A stretch of 59,876 bases of DNA, counting the filler, from Porpidia crustulata (Eukaryota), in assembly GCA_964255105.1 (NCBI GenBank). It is 4 parts of 4 records of this genome, joined end to end, with 100 filler letters (N's around TTAATTAATTAA, not from the genome) between each part and the next. Parts side by side here need not be neighbours in the genome. Positions count along the whole stretch, not along the records: positions 15,024 to 29,928 come from CAXUWE010000352.1; positions 30,029 to 44,925 come from CAXUWE010000353.1; 2 more parts are not named here. One strand, 5' to 3'. Numbering within the stretch: the stretch's first letter is position 1; each line of letters starts with the position of its first letter. A program made the position numbers and the translations under genes. The notes below the pieces were generated by a model. It was given only the letters and a program-made list of their open reading frames with translations. It was not told where the DNA came from and did no database searches. Positions 22,401 to 35,406 of the stretch are shown here, one piece after another.

Positions 22401-23110
22401 GAAGTGGCTCCGCTACTTCATACATATTCATGCCCGACATTTCCCGCAAGGTCGCTGTCTGGGGTCTCAATTCCCCTTTTATGAAAAATCCCGAGGAATA
22501 TCACTGTGGCGTAAAGGGGATGGCGACCAAATTCATTCAAGAAATCAAGCGCCGTCAACCGCTAGGCCCGTACAATATTGGAGGTTGGTCGGCTGGCGGA
22601 GTCATCTCATTTGAGACAGTCCGCCAACTCACCGACGGTGGTGATACCGTAGATGTCCTAGCCCTTATTGATACGCCTTGTCCCCTGATCATTGAACCCC
22701 TTCCCAGTTCGCTGCATCGCTTCTTCGGCTCGATAGGCCTTCTTGGTGAGGGTGACGGTGCGATTGATAAACTTCCACCGTGGCTACTTCCGCACTTCGC
22801 TGCTTCGGTTACAGCACTCTCGACATACGATGCCAAGAAGATTGATCCAGTGAAATGCCCAAAGGTGTACGCAATCTGGTGTGAAGATGGTGTGTGCAAA
22901 TTCCCTGAAGATCCACGCCCGGAGCCTTACCCGTATGGGCATGCACAATGGCTACTCGAGAATAGGACAGACTTTGGTCCGAACCTCTGGGATGAGTATC
23001 TGGACAAGGAAAAGATCATTTGCAGACAAATGGAAGGGAACCACTTCAACATGATGAGGGACCCTTACGTGACAAAACTAACAGATTTTCTCAGGGAGGC
23101 ACTGTTGTAA
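16467..23110 (+). CDS. pks1: Non-reducing iterative type I PKS (SAT-KS-AT-PT-ACP-ACP-TE), DHN-melanin/tetrahydroxynaphthalene synthase type; 4 introns
   Basis: SAT LLFGDQ and GLCTG; KS DTACSSS, HGTGT, NVGHGE; AT GHSLG, AFHS; PT GHVVNG; ACPs GVDSLMS and [24 protein letters not shown]. The TE stretch [43 protein letters not shown] matches recalled melanin PKS1 proteins. Confidence 0.93.
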
Positions 23111-23609
23111 AGACGCGAAGCTTGAACATGAATAGGGAAGACATAAATTGTAGCTTGAACTGCCGGCGCTGTGTCTTTTGGGAGATCATTTTGCCATTTG
23201 CGCTCAATTTTGTTTCTGCGTGTGTGCCTCAGTTCATGTCTGCTTAATTTTCATGTTCTCAACCAGTCAGCGTTGGATTCCCGTTCGACAAATAATTTTA
23301 TAGATAATACTTGTATAAAGGTTTGCATGCACAATACAAATATCGTCCAAATACGGGTTCCAAGTACCTAGAAACGCTCCTATCTTGACGATTCTCTTTC
23401 ATCTATTGCAATGATACGTTATAACAGTGAAATGGTAGGAATGGAAAAGTAGTCGCGTGACATCACATGGTGATACCTTAACTACCTACTACGCTATACC
23501 TGGGTAGGCTTAGCATAAACTCTTAGCCGAGTTGCAAGGTGTCGCTGATCCGCCTGTTCTTTTACAATATGATAGTCGAGTTGCTGATCTTTCCTCCAAA
23601 TGTGTCATA

Positions 23610-25654
23610 ATGCTCCTGAAATATCTCAAGAGGCTTTACTCCCTAGATACCCTCGACACAAGGTTCAATCGCTCCTCGACGAAACCCCTTGCTCCTAACG
23701 CAGCAAACAAGCCAACTTACCGAGATCCCGCGAGACCTCCTCTGAATAAATTAGATTACCAGAGCTCTGAAGCCAATGGCGTCAGACAGAGCGAAATCTG
23801 CCCTGGCTCTCCGATTGCGAGATGGTGGAGCCTCGAATTCATGGTGTATGGGATTTCCATATCGGCAGCGGTCTTCATGATGATTAAGAAGGCGTACGAA
23901 GTTTCCATGCGTAAGCGCTCAATCCAGCCTGTAGCCCACACTATCAGAAATCAGTACTAATAGCTGTCGTAGCGTCGCATCCAAGCTATCCCAAGTATGC
24001 CCATCTCCTTTCCCCTGGCTGGATCCCAGGGCGTCAGGTAGATAACTCTGACGACCAGTACTCGGGGTTCCGAGACAACTTGATATACCTGTCGCTGCTC
24101 CTTATACTCCACCCTCTCTCGAGAAGACTGTTTGAATATGCGTACAATGTGTCGGGCCACTTCCAAGACTCTCTGTCTAAGGACAATAATGAGGCAGATG
24201 CCCGATTGAAGCAGAGAGTAACATTTGATACACTGTTCTCCCTTGTATTCATTTTAGCATTGCATGGTATCTCATTGCTTAAAATACTTCTGATTCTTTA
24301 CATTAATTTTTCTATTGCCACAAGATTACCGAAGAATTATGTGCCTGCCGCCACATGGTCCTTCAATGTGTGCATTCTATTTGCCAACGAGATTTTCCAG
24401 GGATATCCTTTAGCGAGCATTTCATCCTTGTCGTTGCCGTGGTCCACTGCAGAAGGAGCTTCGATAGGGGCTTCCTCTAACAAGAATTGGGGAGCTGTTT
24501 TAGATAGCTATGGGGGTTTGCTTCCACGATGGGGAATATTATTTAAGATAACCGTACTACGCCTAATAAGCTTCAATCTTGACTATTGCTGGAGCTTGAA
24601 TAGATCGCAAGGCAATCCCACCGAGGTCTGTCCCTATGAATGCTTAAGCGTCATGCCGTTCCCTAATAATCCCAAGAAGAAACAGCTTGATCCGGCCGCC
24701 CTCTCCGAAAACGATCGCGTCTCCAACCCAGCTAAACCCAGCGACTACTGCTTTCTTAACTATGTTGCCTATGCGCTTTACGCCCCCTTATATATTGCCG
24801 GCCCAATACTTACCTTCAACGATTATATCTCTCAGCAACGCCATCCACTCGCTAGTATCAACACAAACCGCACTCTGCTCTACGGAGTCCGACTCTTCAT
24901 TGCTCTCTTCACCATGGAATTAATGATCCATTTCTCCTATGTAGTCGCCATCTCAAAAGCCCAGCCCACTTGGGACCTATACACCCCATTTCAGCTCAGC
25001 ATGATTGGTTATTTTAGCCTCCACCATATCTGGTTAAAACTCCTTCTCCTCTGGCGCTTTTTTCGTCTTTGGGCACTGATTGACGGTATTGACGCGCCCG
25101 AGAATATGGTCCGCTGTATGTCCGACAACTATTCCACACTCGCCTTCTGGCGCGGCTGGCACCGTAGCTTCAACCGCTGGATCGTACGCTACGTCTACAT
25201 CCCTTTGGGAGGTAGCGGACAAGGTGACAAAGGATACTACTGGGCCACAGCACGAACGGTGGCAAATATGCTCGTCGTTTTTACGTTCGTAGCGCTTTGG
25301 CATGACATTCAGCTCCGTCTTCTTGTATGGGGCTGGCTTATCACGCTATTTATCCTCCCAGAAGTGGTAGCTAGCTACCTCTTCCCCGCCAAAATATGGA
25401 AGGGGTCTCCAAACAGCTATCGCATACTCTGTGGTGTAGGTGCTGTAGCCAACCTACTGATGATGATGGCGGCCAACTTGGTAGGTTTTGCTATCGGGTT
25501 GGGCGGACTGGAGGGACTCCTCAGAGGCATTTTGGGCTCATGGTCCGGTCTGCTTTTCCTAGCCACGGCGTGCGTAGCGCTTTTCATGGCGGTGCAGGTG
25601 ATGTTCGAAGTTAGAGAAGGGGAGGCTAGGAAGGGCATAAAATTAAAATACTAA
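23610..25654 (+). CDS. GUP1: GUP1-like membrane-bound O-acyltransferase (MBOAT); introns ~23910-23972 and 24626-24676
   Basis: LYSLDTLDTRF; GWIPGRQVDNSDDQYSGFRDN; LRLISFNLDY; YAPLYIAGPILTFNDY; PENMVRCMSDNYS..FWRGWHRSFNRW; catalytic His in FVALWHD. Confidence 0.92.
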
Positions 25655-27607
25655 GGGTATATGGTGAAGCAAAAGCTTTGTATCTGGGACAAACAGTGTA
25701 ATTACTAATGTACTCCATATTTTGAGGGGGTTGGCTTGAATGGTGAGTAAGTATCTCTTCGTCAAAAATGATCTGGCCAAAGCAGGTGTAAGGAGATGAC
25801 GATGCTAACCAGACTAGTCCGAATTTAATATAGAACTTCTGATGCACCCATCAAGTTGACCGGCAGTTGTTGATAAGACCTGAGCACAGAATCTGCCCCC
25901 AATTCTTTGATCTTACCAACCGAAAATGTCAAGCAAAGCCGACACGGTTGATTGGACTGTTTCATGTGCCACCCTACGACATCTCTCGAGACAAGGCAAC
26001 GCGTGGGACCTGCCACATTCGGGACCGGGTGGAATTCCGTCCCCAGCAAAGATTCATACTCGGGGAGCAATGCGATGGAGTACTAGAAATGCTGTGGTAG
26101 CGGCTTGAAACGCCGTCCCAAGACGTGAACTTCCTTGTCAGGACAATTGAAACGAGAAGGAGAGCCGCAGCCTACATACGTAAGATTCGACTTCAATGAA
26201 ACATTCACCGGGAAAAGCGTGCAACCAAGCATGGAGATTATCATGTTTGATTTGTACTCCTACTGCGTACCTTCCTGGATATGTAGCAAGACTGACGGGA
26301 CTGGGTATCCTCTGGACATCCTGCCCTCTTCGCAAACGACCCGCTGCCTTATTCAGACGCAAGCGCAGCCGCAATCAAGCTGACCATGATAAATATAGTA
26401 CATTATTTCTTTAGGTGCCCGTCCGCTCGATTAAACCATACCTAGAGGATTTCCCGGATTTTCCCGGATGTTTACTATTTCTGAGAAACTCAATACCTGT
26501 CAACTACTCAATCTCAACCTGGTGTTACAGGACTCATGCGTGGTTGATCCTCATTGGCATTTACACTACTCATCATGGTGGCTGGTGCTGATAGAGCCTG
26601 GCATCCATTAAGGAAGGATTCCGCCATAGCGAGCTGTTTGATGTGCCTGACACAGCCTCTATTCCCCACTAGAAATTTCAGCGGGTCTTTTCAGGATCAC
26701 TACAGATATCTTACAGAACACGTATTGGGCGCACTTTGTCTCGAGATTTCGATGATGCCATATGGAGGTACAGATGACAGATTAGGTATTTCTAATTTCG
26801 AGTATGACGTCTATCTACATTTTCCTAATGCTGGAGCCGCACAAAGAACGGCCTTAAACGTCAGAAGCATCAGTCCTACATCTTGTGGAACTCTACGAGG
26901 CATTGTGTATCCTTAAAATTCTGAACGAGCCTCTCCAGTAGTAAGATTGTCTTAATTCTCTAGAGGATCATAGTCTATCAACTTCCGAAATACAAGGCTC
27001 AGTGATACAAGTTATCTCGAACTAGATGTTGGTTCCAGAAATCTACGAAGATCAGTCGGTCGTACATATCCTGTAGTCCTCCAATTTTCAGCTAATCAGA
27101 TCTTGAATCTCGAAACGTCATCTCAAGTATGGCTTCCGTGTGGGTCAATGCTGCCTTGTTCATCTCGAACAATGAGATATGACCAGATACGTTACACCAA
27201 TCCTTCGGGTTCGAGTATCGAGGACTGGAACCCGGCAGGGAGATGATCTTTTCGGTAAGACAACTACCAACAACGTTCTCTTCCTGGCGTTTGGTATCGA
27301 GCTCAAACGTCGAAGGACTGAGCACTATCAGTGCCACATACCTGCCACAGTCGTCTCCTTTGTACAAGATCTTATCGGCTATTCTTGGAACCCAATTGGG
27401 TATCATTTCTATTATGTCTCTGCCCGCAGAGCCAGTCTCCAATTTATATAAAGATGCGCTCCTACGACTTTGCGCAAATACTTGTCCCATTGTTCACGTT
27501 CATAGACTTGCTATACTCACGACGCTTGGCTCTTCCTTGTTTATGATTTCCTTTTGCACTCAGTTTGCATCGATCTCTTCCTTATCCGTCTAGCAAGGCT
27601 TACGTGC

Positions 27608-29928
27608 ATGATGCATTTATTGACTTTATACTTGTTTGGCGCCTCAACGGCAAGTGCTTTCCACAATTTGATACTTCCCAGAGATACAGAAGGAGTCTTT
27701 GCTTCTCAGCCTAGTGGCACCGGGACGGGTGTTTCTCAGCAAGCCTACGATGTTTCCCCAACGGCGGCCAGCACAGGCAACCTTGGGCCCACCTCGACAT
27801 TTTCTGGAGGCGGAGCTTCAATCTCATCTGGCATACTACCGTTGCAGAACAGCATTAACGGGACCTACTACTATACGGTTGGGCTTTCAAGGACGGCTTC
27901 AGATATTGCCCAACAACCTGAACCAACGTTAGCTGGGTCAATTATTTCGGTGACCCAAGATACCCAACCGATATCGATCAAGCCAACTTCGCCAACCAGC
28001 GAACGAGCCGGATCGGATCAGGCTACCACATACTCTCCAATAGCTTCACCGAGTACACCACCTCCGGTATCAATGCAACCGTCAGTGGCTCTGCATCGGG
28101 ATACTTCCGACCCTAAGAACGTCGTTCCAGCTTCCACGATAGGCTTGGATTATGGCGAGATTGGAAAGACTGGTATGCAGTCTTCCAAGACTTTTCCACC
28201 CTATACATGCTGAAAGTTCTTGCAGATCCTGATAAGGCAGGTCGAGCAGCAAGTGTGGATGTGGTATTTAACATGCCTACCGTTGCCTTGGAGCACATCG
28301 ATACAGTCATTAGCGTGACATGCCCTTCGAGCGATAAGCTTGTGGTAGTGTATAGTGACATCAATTTCTTTCACAAGGCTGCCGATCACTGGCCCAGCAG
28401 CGACCTCAATCTCGTCAACTACGCTGACGGATGCGGCGACGATCCCAAGCAGCGAAGCGTATTCCAGGCGTCTTCATTTACATGGACCGAGGGAAACCTT
28501 TCTATCGAAGTGACTGGTCGGATACTGACTCTAAACGATCCAAGCCTCATTGACAGCTTTACCGCAAGCTTTGGCCATTACGCTTCTGCCCAGGCAACTG
28601 CCAGTCCGGTAACGGTACAGGCAAAGCGACAAGATCTTGGGGCTAGAAATTTTCTCGATAGCGTCGGCGGTGGCATCACCAGCAAAGTCGATTCCGCAAG
28701 AAGCCGAGTTACTAGTGCAGTATCGTCTGTAGATTCCAAGGCCAAGAGCGAAACGTCCAAAGTCGCCTCGAAAGTATCCTCTGCGGCGACCGAGGCACAT
28801 CAAGTTGCTTCCGATATCATGTCCGAAGCCAAGAATGGGTTCTCAAAGGGCGCAACGTCGACGCTTACGCTGGACGTCGGACCAAAACCTACTGACGAGA
28901 GTCCATCACCGTTTGGTCCAGCTAGGAAGCTCGGCACCGTGGATGGTATAGCGATCTGGTGCGTCAAGTGTGGAGCCAACGGTAATATTGATGTATCCGG
29001 CGAAATCAGTGCCGGCACCAGTGGGATCTCCGCGGGCTCTCTCAATTTTCAGGCTCTCGAATTCCATATCCCGCTTACGTTCGGATTCGAAGCCAAAGAT
29101 ACTGTGATCAGCAAGAGAGTCTCGACTACCTTGTTCGAGATCCCGTTGACTCCATTTGAAGTAGAACCATTCTTCTCCATCGGCCCAAAGTTTACCTTTG
29201 GAGTTGCATTCACGGTATCCGTAGGCGGTACTGGGAACCTTAAAGCCGGAGCCAATATGCACTGGGGGAACGCCTCTGCCTCGATGGATCTTGTCAAAAA
29301 TGATTCGAATAGCCTTCAGATGGCTGGGTGGAACCCCAATGTGGAAAAAGTGTTTGAGTTTTCTGGAGGACAGGTGGCTGTCAATGCTACCCTGGCCGTG
29401 CCGATATCTTTCGACGTTGGGCTTGGCCTCCTTCAGCACCAGGTATCTAAGAATGTCAGTATCACGGATACGCCCTCCATAAAATTGGATAGCATCGTCA
29501 ACGTACCCGGCAAGACGCCCAGAGATCATCCTCGGGACTTGGCCATCCGCGATGACACATGCCCTAACGGCGTGAACGAGATCATCGGTTTCCAGAATCT
29601 TGTAGATGTCAATATCCTCAACCTATGGAAGACTCAACCTGCATCTTTCTCCACATCCCTCTGGGCCAGCTGTATCACGACTTCAACGCCCTCGTCATCA
29701 GGCTCCGTCCTGACCACCACCACCACGAACTCTAACGATTCTTCCCATCCGACCGCCTCCTCCGAAACAAGCAGTAAACCAACCTCTTATCTAACTAACG
29801 GCTTGACGGGGCCTTCAAACGGTCTCAGCGCAACCAACGTCGTGCTACCAACAGGCGGATCTCAGATCCAACCTTCAGCAGGAATCTTCTGGCCCCCCGC
29901 GTCCGGACAAAGCCCGGCCTTTACGTTA
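27608..29928 (+). CDS. Secreted S/T-rich, beta-strand-rich protein of unknown function; 3' end cut by contig end; intron 28173-28216
   Basis: Signal-peptide-like MMHLLTLYLFGASTASA. A GTATGC..AAG intron joins the 219-aa and 589-aa ORFs in frame. Cys motifs GCGDD and WCVKCGANG; KR site; S/T-rich tail. Confidence 0.8.
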
Positions 29929-30028
29929 NNNNNNNNNNNNNNNNNNNNNNNNNNNNNNNNNNNNNNNNNNNNTTAATTAATTAANNNNNNNNNNNNNNNN
30001 NNNNNNNNNNNNNNNNNNNNNNNNNNNN
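29929..30028. other. Artificial contig linker
   Basis: N44-TTAATTAATTAA-N44. Confidence 0.99.
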
Positions 30029-32870
30029 TAGCGCTAGAACCCTATAGGCTTAGAGCCTCCGGGCGGAATGAAATCTACTACTATTACTACTTATATTGTA
30101 TCATAACGACTGGAAGCACCTCTTATGCCCGATAGACAGCGATGTCTTAATCTACGGGGATAATCAGAATAGCACCGTCTTCACGATCAAGTTGGAAACG
30201 AGGATCCGAGCTCGGCATTGGCAGAAGCAGAAATTGATGCGTTCACATTCAACCTCATTGGCAATTGACCAAAGTCATCTCAACCCAGGATAAGTCCAAC
30301 ACACCTTGTACTTGATTGGACCCCCATTACAGAAGAGTTCACATGCGCTCCTTAACTAAGACTGGAAACTACTCAATCTAGTTCGAGATTGGGCTTTGAC
30401 AAGCAAGTCTCAGCCGGCAGATCACCTAAAATAAGGCCCGGTCATCCAGGATAATTTCTCTTTGTTTCTCGTTCCCACGGGGTGATGCGTTTATTTACGA
30501 AGAGAGCAGGTATTCGATGTATGACGAGGTTTGGCAGATTCCTGCGATCTGGAATGAGCCACGGTTTTGTCTGGACGAGTAATAACCATGATCTGCAGTT
30601 AGATAGGCCTCATAATTTTTATGTCCACTCGTATTCTTTGTGGGATTGTTTTCATACCCAATCTGGAGTCTATTGATACAGATTTCCAAGTCGTGAAGAC
30701 GCATACTGAAGCCTAAGTTTTGAGTCTTTTTAACCATGTGCGGTTTAATTGCGAATGCCCATGCATGATTGAGCTGCCCAAATCGAGCGAGCGAGCAGTC
30801 CGACTGCCAGTTCATAAGCAAGGTGCTAAACCCGGTTGTGGCAGAGTACTGTAACAGCTTATGGATGATAGCTTGAAATTCACAACAAATTATAAAACAT
30901 GAAAAGAGATAGCCATTTGCACGCGCTTAAGTTTCTTGTCCGCACATGTTACTTCCTCAATGGGAGAACGGTACGAGTCCACTGCACCATCAGGATCTTA
31001 GCGAGAAACAATACTACATGGCATCTTCAGGTATTGCAAAAGCCTTTGGACTTCATTATCCGCTTGAGGACATTCTCTAGAGATGTGCAGATGGCTTGAC
31101 AATCTGGCGCTAGAGTTTCGTCCATCAGTACGATAGAAACACCAGGGTCCTTTCGGTCCAATAGTATTTAGTTTACTATGTTGGTATTGTGGATAAAAAG
31201 ACGGGCCCGCATTGGTGTTAAAGTCAGTACCGCACGTAATAGGAGTGGATCCTGGTCTGTCAACGGCGGTAAGATTTTGCAAACCCACGATAAAAGTCCT
31301 TACGGAGCAGGTGAGCGCGACGGTAGCGCTCTAGCTCGTTTATACTTCTCTGATCGTACTGATAGTGACTGTGATCCTTGCTTCGAAGTCGCTGAGTGAT
31401 TGCAAGTCTTGCGTACGTATATCGAATAATGCATCGTCAATGAGAGGTGTCGACAGCTGCGGTGGAAATAGATTAGCCAAGATGCTAGAACTTTTATACT
31501 TGAGGGAATTCGGTAATTTCTGGAGAACCTGGACTGTCGAGTCCTCACTCGATTGGTGTATGAAGTATCTAAAATCGGAATTGTAAACCTACCAAAATCT
31601 GTGCGTCTGTGGCTTCTCGGTTCTCATCATTGTATAGCAGGCGTGGTCTATTGAATTTGTATCTTCAAGAGCCCGAAGGAGAAGGGCCTGGCCACTTTGA
31701 ACGCAGCGAAGCTTGCGGCGAAAGACCACTTCCTAGCCGCGACTTGCTATGCTCTATGATTCTGCAGGTAGCATCTTGCTTACATGAAGGCGAGTAGTCG
31801 GGGACGGATCTGTCTCGAGGTAACGCAGCAGGGGTTTATTGTTGTATCTACTACCCAAGTATTCAGGATACTGCTTCGTTTTTTAGGGTTTTCTGGGTCG
31901 AAACGCCAAAATCAGCTTTTTACGATACTCGCATCATTCAATATTGCCGAGACTTTTTCAGAACACTGCAAGTGTCGTACGACCTCAACGTCCGACCCAT
32001 GCTTGAATTCAAAGAGCGATTTATCTACTAGCATGCCTGCAGCGTTGATACTCATTCCTTGATACTTGGACTTGTTTGAAGGCGTGCTCCTCGTCCGAAC
32101 ACACAGTCTTACGGATAGGTCGAGGAGACATAAATTGCAAATCTGCAGAACAAGAGCAGGACTCCTGTGTTATGAGCTCGCTAAGGTGGTGATTACCTTC
32201 AGGTCGCTGATGTGAACAGTTTATGTAGCTGGCTTTGACTTGATAGCACGAGTACGGAGGTACAACTGTTTAAACATTGAGAAGCGCGTCCTAGTTGAAC
32301 CGGATTAGAGCTGTCAAGGAAAGAGAAGAGCAATCGATCTAGAAGCACAGAATTTGAACGGACACGGAGGAGAGGGGTACATGCGCATCGGATACGATCT
32401 GATCAAGTTGCAACTATGGTAGGGAGGCTACTTGAACTGCTTGGTGCAAATAACGCTGCTGTAGCGGTACAGGAGGCGACCATCGACGGTTCAATCTGAT
32501 GACAACAGCGTTCGGAGGTGGAAGCAAGAGCCAAGGAATGTGTAGCAGGCCAATAGGACAATGGGCAGTGAGGACGAATAACGTCAATAATACAAATAAA
32601 GTGAGGATGAAATCGTTTGGAAGCTACCTAGATATAAGCGCGGCCGTGTAACACCGACCGGCTTGCGTGATTTTGAGCGTGAGGACCTGCCTCAGTCAAC
32701 GAAAGCGAAGTGTTGCCATCTAACGTTGATAGCGACAAGTCCGTCCTGATGAAGCTTGACGAAAGTGATCAGTTTAAACGACATTAAAAGCCTCTCACTT
32801 CCGTATGTAGTTCAGTTTTCTACCGTATTATGAACTCCGCGCTTAAGAGCAAACCATATTAGCAGAGGAT

Positions 32871-34593
32871 CTAGTCTGATTGAGAGATTTCCTCGGCCTC
32901 TACTCTCAATTCATAGGACAAATCGAAACACTCGGCAAGTAGCGAATTGACACTTGCTTGACCTTCAGGGATATCTGATCCGACCATGAACTTGCCATCA
33001 ATTCGCATATTGTCGATCGAGTTCAACTATAGAGAGTCAAATTTTAGACAGTTGCGTCCAATTGGAATCAGCCCGGCGTATACCTGCCTTCATGCTGTAC
33101 GGATATAATTCCCTGGGCGATGAAACACCACCTGATCGTTTGACCTCAAGAAGACACCGACGAAGTGTTTGCAACTGGTTGAAGACTGGTAAAAGAGCCT
33201 CGGATACCGGCTCCGAAGATATAATTAAACTGTAAATGTATGCATAGCTGCGTCGCAGAAGATATAGAAGGGTCTACAATCATTTTCAGCTGACTGTTTC
33301 AGTTGGAACACGGATAGATATACCCTTTGTGCATGGAGATCTGCCTTGGTTCCAAATTGGTCTTCAAAATTACCGTTAATACGGGACTCATCAATCCTGT
33401 CAAGCTGTCTTTGATAATCGTATAGGTCTGTCTCGCGTAGTGACCAGGCCTGCGTCAAGGATAATTTCTCAAGCTGATTGCGAATATCGCATAATTTGTC
33501 ATACGTTTTCTTGAACTGTTCATCGATTTTTCCTTGCCTAGATATTGTCAGAGTGAGAAGGATAGCTGAAAGAAACCATGGTAGAGGGTGTACCTATTTA
33601 GGACGATTTCGGACCATTTGAGACAGCGGTTCAACAGTCCTAGAACAATATCCTGGCCTGCAGGGAGCTTACCATCCTCAGCCAGGAATTTGCCATTCAC
33701 CGTTGAACTCTGGATCTCCTTGAGTTGATCACGAAACCCTTGGACTTCTGCCACCGGGAACTGAAGGATCAATAAGCTAAAAAATAACAATCACGAGAAA
33801 GACCTACCTTATTCCGACTATTCGCCGCGGAAATTGAGCGGAGGATTGATATTAGTCTTTCATGAATTGGTGTTAATTTCGGAGACAGGTCTGCTAATGA
33901 GGCTTTCAGATCAACCAGAATGATTCTACAAGTGTCCAGTCGATTCTCCAACAATGTCAACAGGTGCGGTGAATAAGTCTCTTTTCCTCTGTCTAATGTC
34001 TCCCTCATAGTATCCAAAGTATGACTAACCGAGTCTAGGTCTTTCGCGGAGTAGAAAGCAGCTTCTTTTAGATGGTCAAGGAGACGCTATGCAAAGTGAG
34101 TATTTTGAGCGGCAATATTTCCTGTTGAGGAGTTACGCACTCTAACTGTTGATGACATTGAGTATCTGCGACGAAATGGAGGTATTTTTAGTTGAGTGAC
34201 TGGTGCGCTCGAATTTCCATGCTTACACTGCGGGTGCCTCATTGTTTCGTCCAATTGTCAAGAAGAACAGTGAAATTAGCTGAAAACAGTCCTCCAAAAC
34301 ACTGTCCACTGCACATGTGAAGGATTAGAGATGATAGGCGATTGACACGGTCTTATACGACATTACCAACCTCTATTCTGTTCAAGTGGCTTCTTATGTT
34401 CCTGACGTATAACATTGAGTAGATGCACCTGTTCGATGACCTCTTTATACAGATCGAGAACATCATGGGATTTTATATAAGTTGATTTGTCCTGCTTCAA
34501 TAGTGACAATTTATCACGGATATTGAGGACGTGATCAAGGATAGGCTTCTCATTCGGGTCAAGAGGAATCTGCACCGCTGGGGAATCCGTCAT
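32871..34593 (-). CDS. UPF0662/DUF2408 family protein (yeast YPL260W/CUB1-like); 7 introns, the last GC-AG (33087-33027)
   Basis: IRDKLSLLKQDKSTYIKS; DCFQLISLFFLTIGRNNEAPA; LTQAWSLRETDLYDYQRQL; SSEPVSEALLPVFNQLQTLRRCLLEVK; ELYPYSMK|LNSIDNMRIDGKF; stop TAG at 32873-32871. Confidence 0.9.
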
Positions 34594-34886
34594 GTTGAAG
34601 TTTGCCAAAAGCAAAGATGTCTTAACGTTCAATACTGTGGAGCACTATTTGCTAAAAATATGAGGAGCTAGCACAGGAGCGTTAAGAAAAAGTGTGTTAG
34701 GCATTACACGACCCTTAAGTTAAGGCAATGTGACATAGGATAAGGTAAATTACAAGCGTGTACCAAAAGCGAGCCCCACCATGCTACTGCAAGCGAAAAT
34801 CGCACATGGTATTATAATTCTCAAAAAGTCCGGAATTGAAGTCGCGCAATCGACAATATTTCCACAGTATTTTTCCGATCGACGCG

Positions 34887-35406
34887 ATGTCTCAGTCCGA
34901 GCTTGCTACTTCCTACGCTGCCCTTATTCTTGCGGATGACGACGTCGAGATAACCGTGAGCGTTCCTTCAATACCTTTATGGCTTCATCCCCCGTCCGCT
35001 AATAAATCACATAGCCCGACAAACTCCAAACCCTCATTAAGACCGCAAAGGTTGAAGATGTCGAATCAATATGGACAACCCTTTTTGCAAAGGTAGCGGC
35101 TCCCGCCTGGCTGACTATTACTTCGAAGACACACGACTAACTAGACGTTTTAGGCGTTAGAAGGGAAGAACGTCAAGGACATGTTGCTGAATGTGGGATC
35201 GGGTGGTGGAGCGGCCGCGGCACCTACTGGAGGAGCAGGTGGATCAGCTCCAGCGGATACACCGGCTGAAGCTGCTAAGGAGGATCAGAAAGAAGAAGGC
35301 AAGCCTTTTGTATGGGTGCACCCGTGAATACTTGATGTGCTAACGAGCATGTCGTACAGAGAAGGAGGAGTCGGACGAAGACATGGGTTTCGGTCTCTTT
35401 GACTAG
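34887..35406 (+). CDS. RPP1: 60S acidic ribosomal protein P1; 3 introns, the last GC-AG (35299-35359)
   Basis: [61 protein letters not shown]...[17 protein letters not shown]. Confidence 0.97.

Noticed and set aside
24626..24676. In-frame, stop-free introns (GUP1 24626-24676, PQ-loop 37114-37058, WSC 55023-55073) as regulated intron retention
   Set aside because: Several 3n stop-free introns are expected by chance among about 50 short introns; they only explain why the ORF track reads through.
26448..26470. Short tandem GGATTT(T)CCC repeat, and GATCCTAATAGT x2 near 52338
   Set aside because: Two-copy micro-duplications with no supporting context.
32168..32653. TGTTA...TAACA-bounded 486-bp segment as a solo LTR
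   Set aside because: No target-site duplication (TCCTG vs CCGAC) and no second copy in the window.
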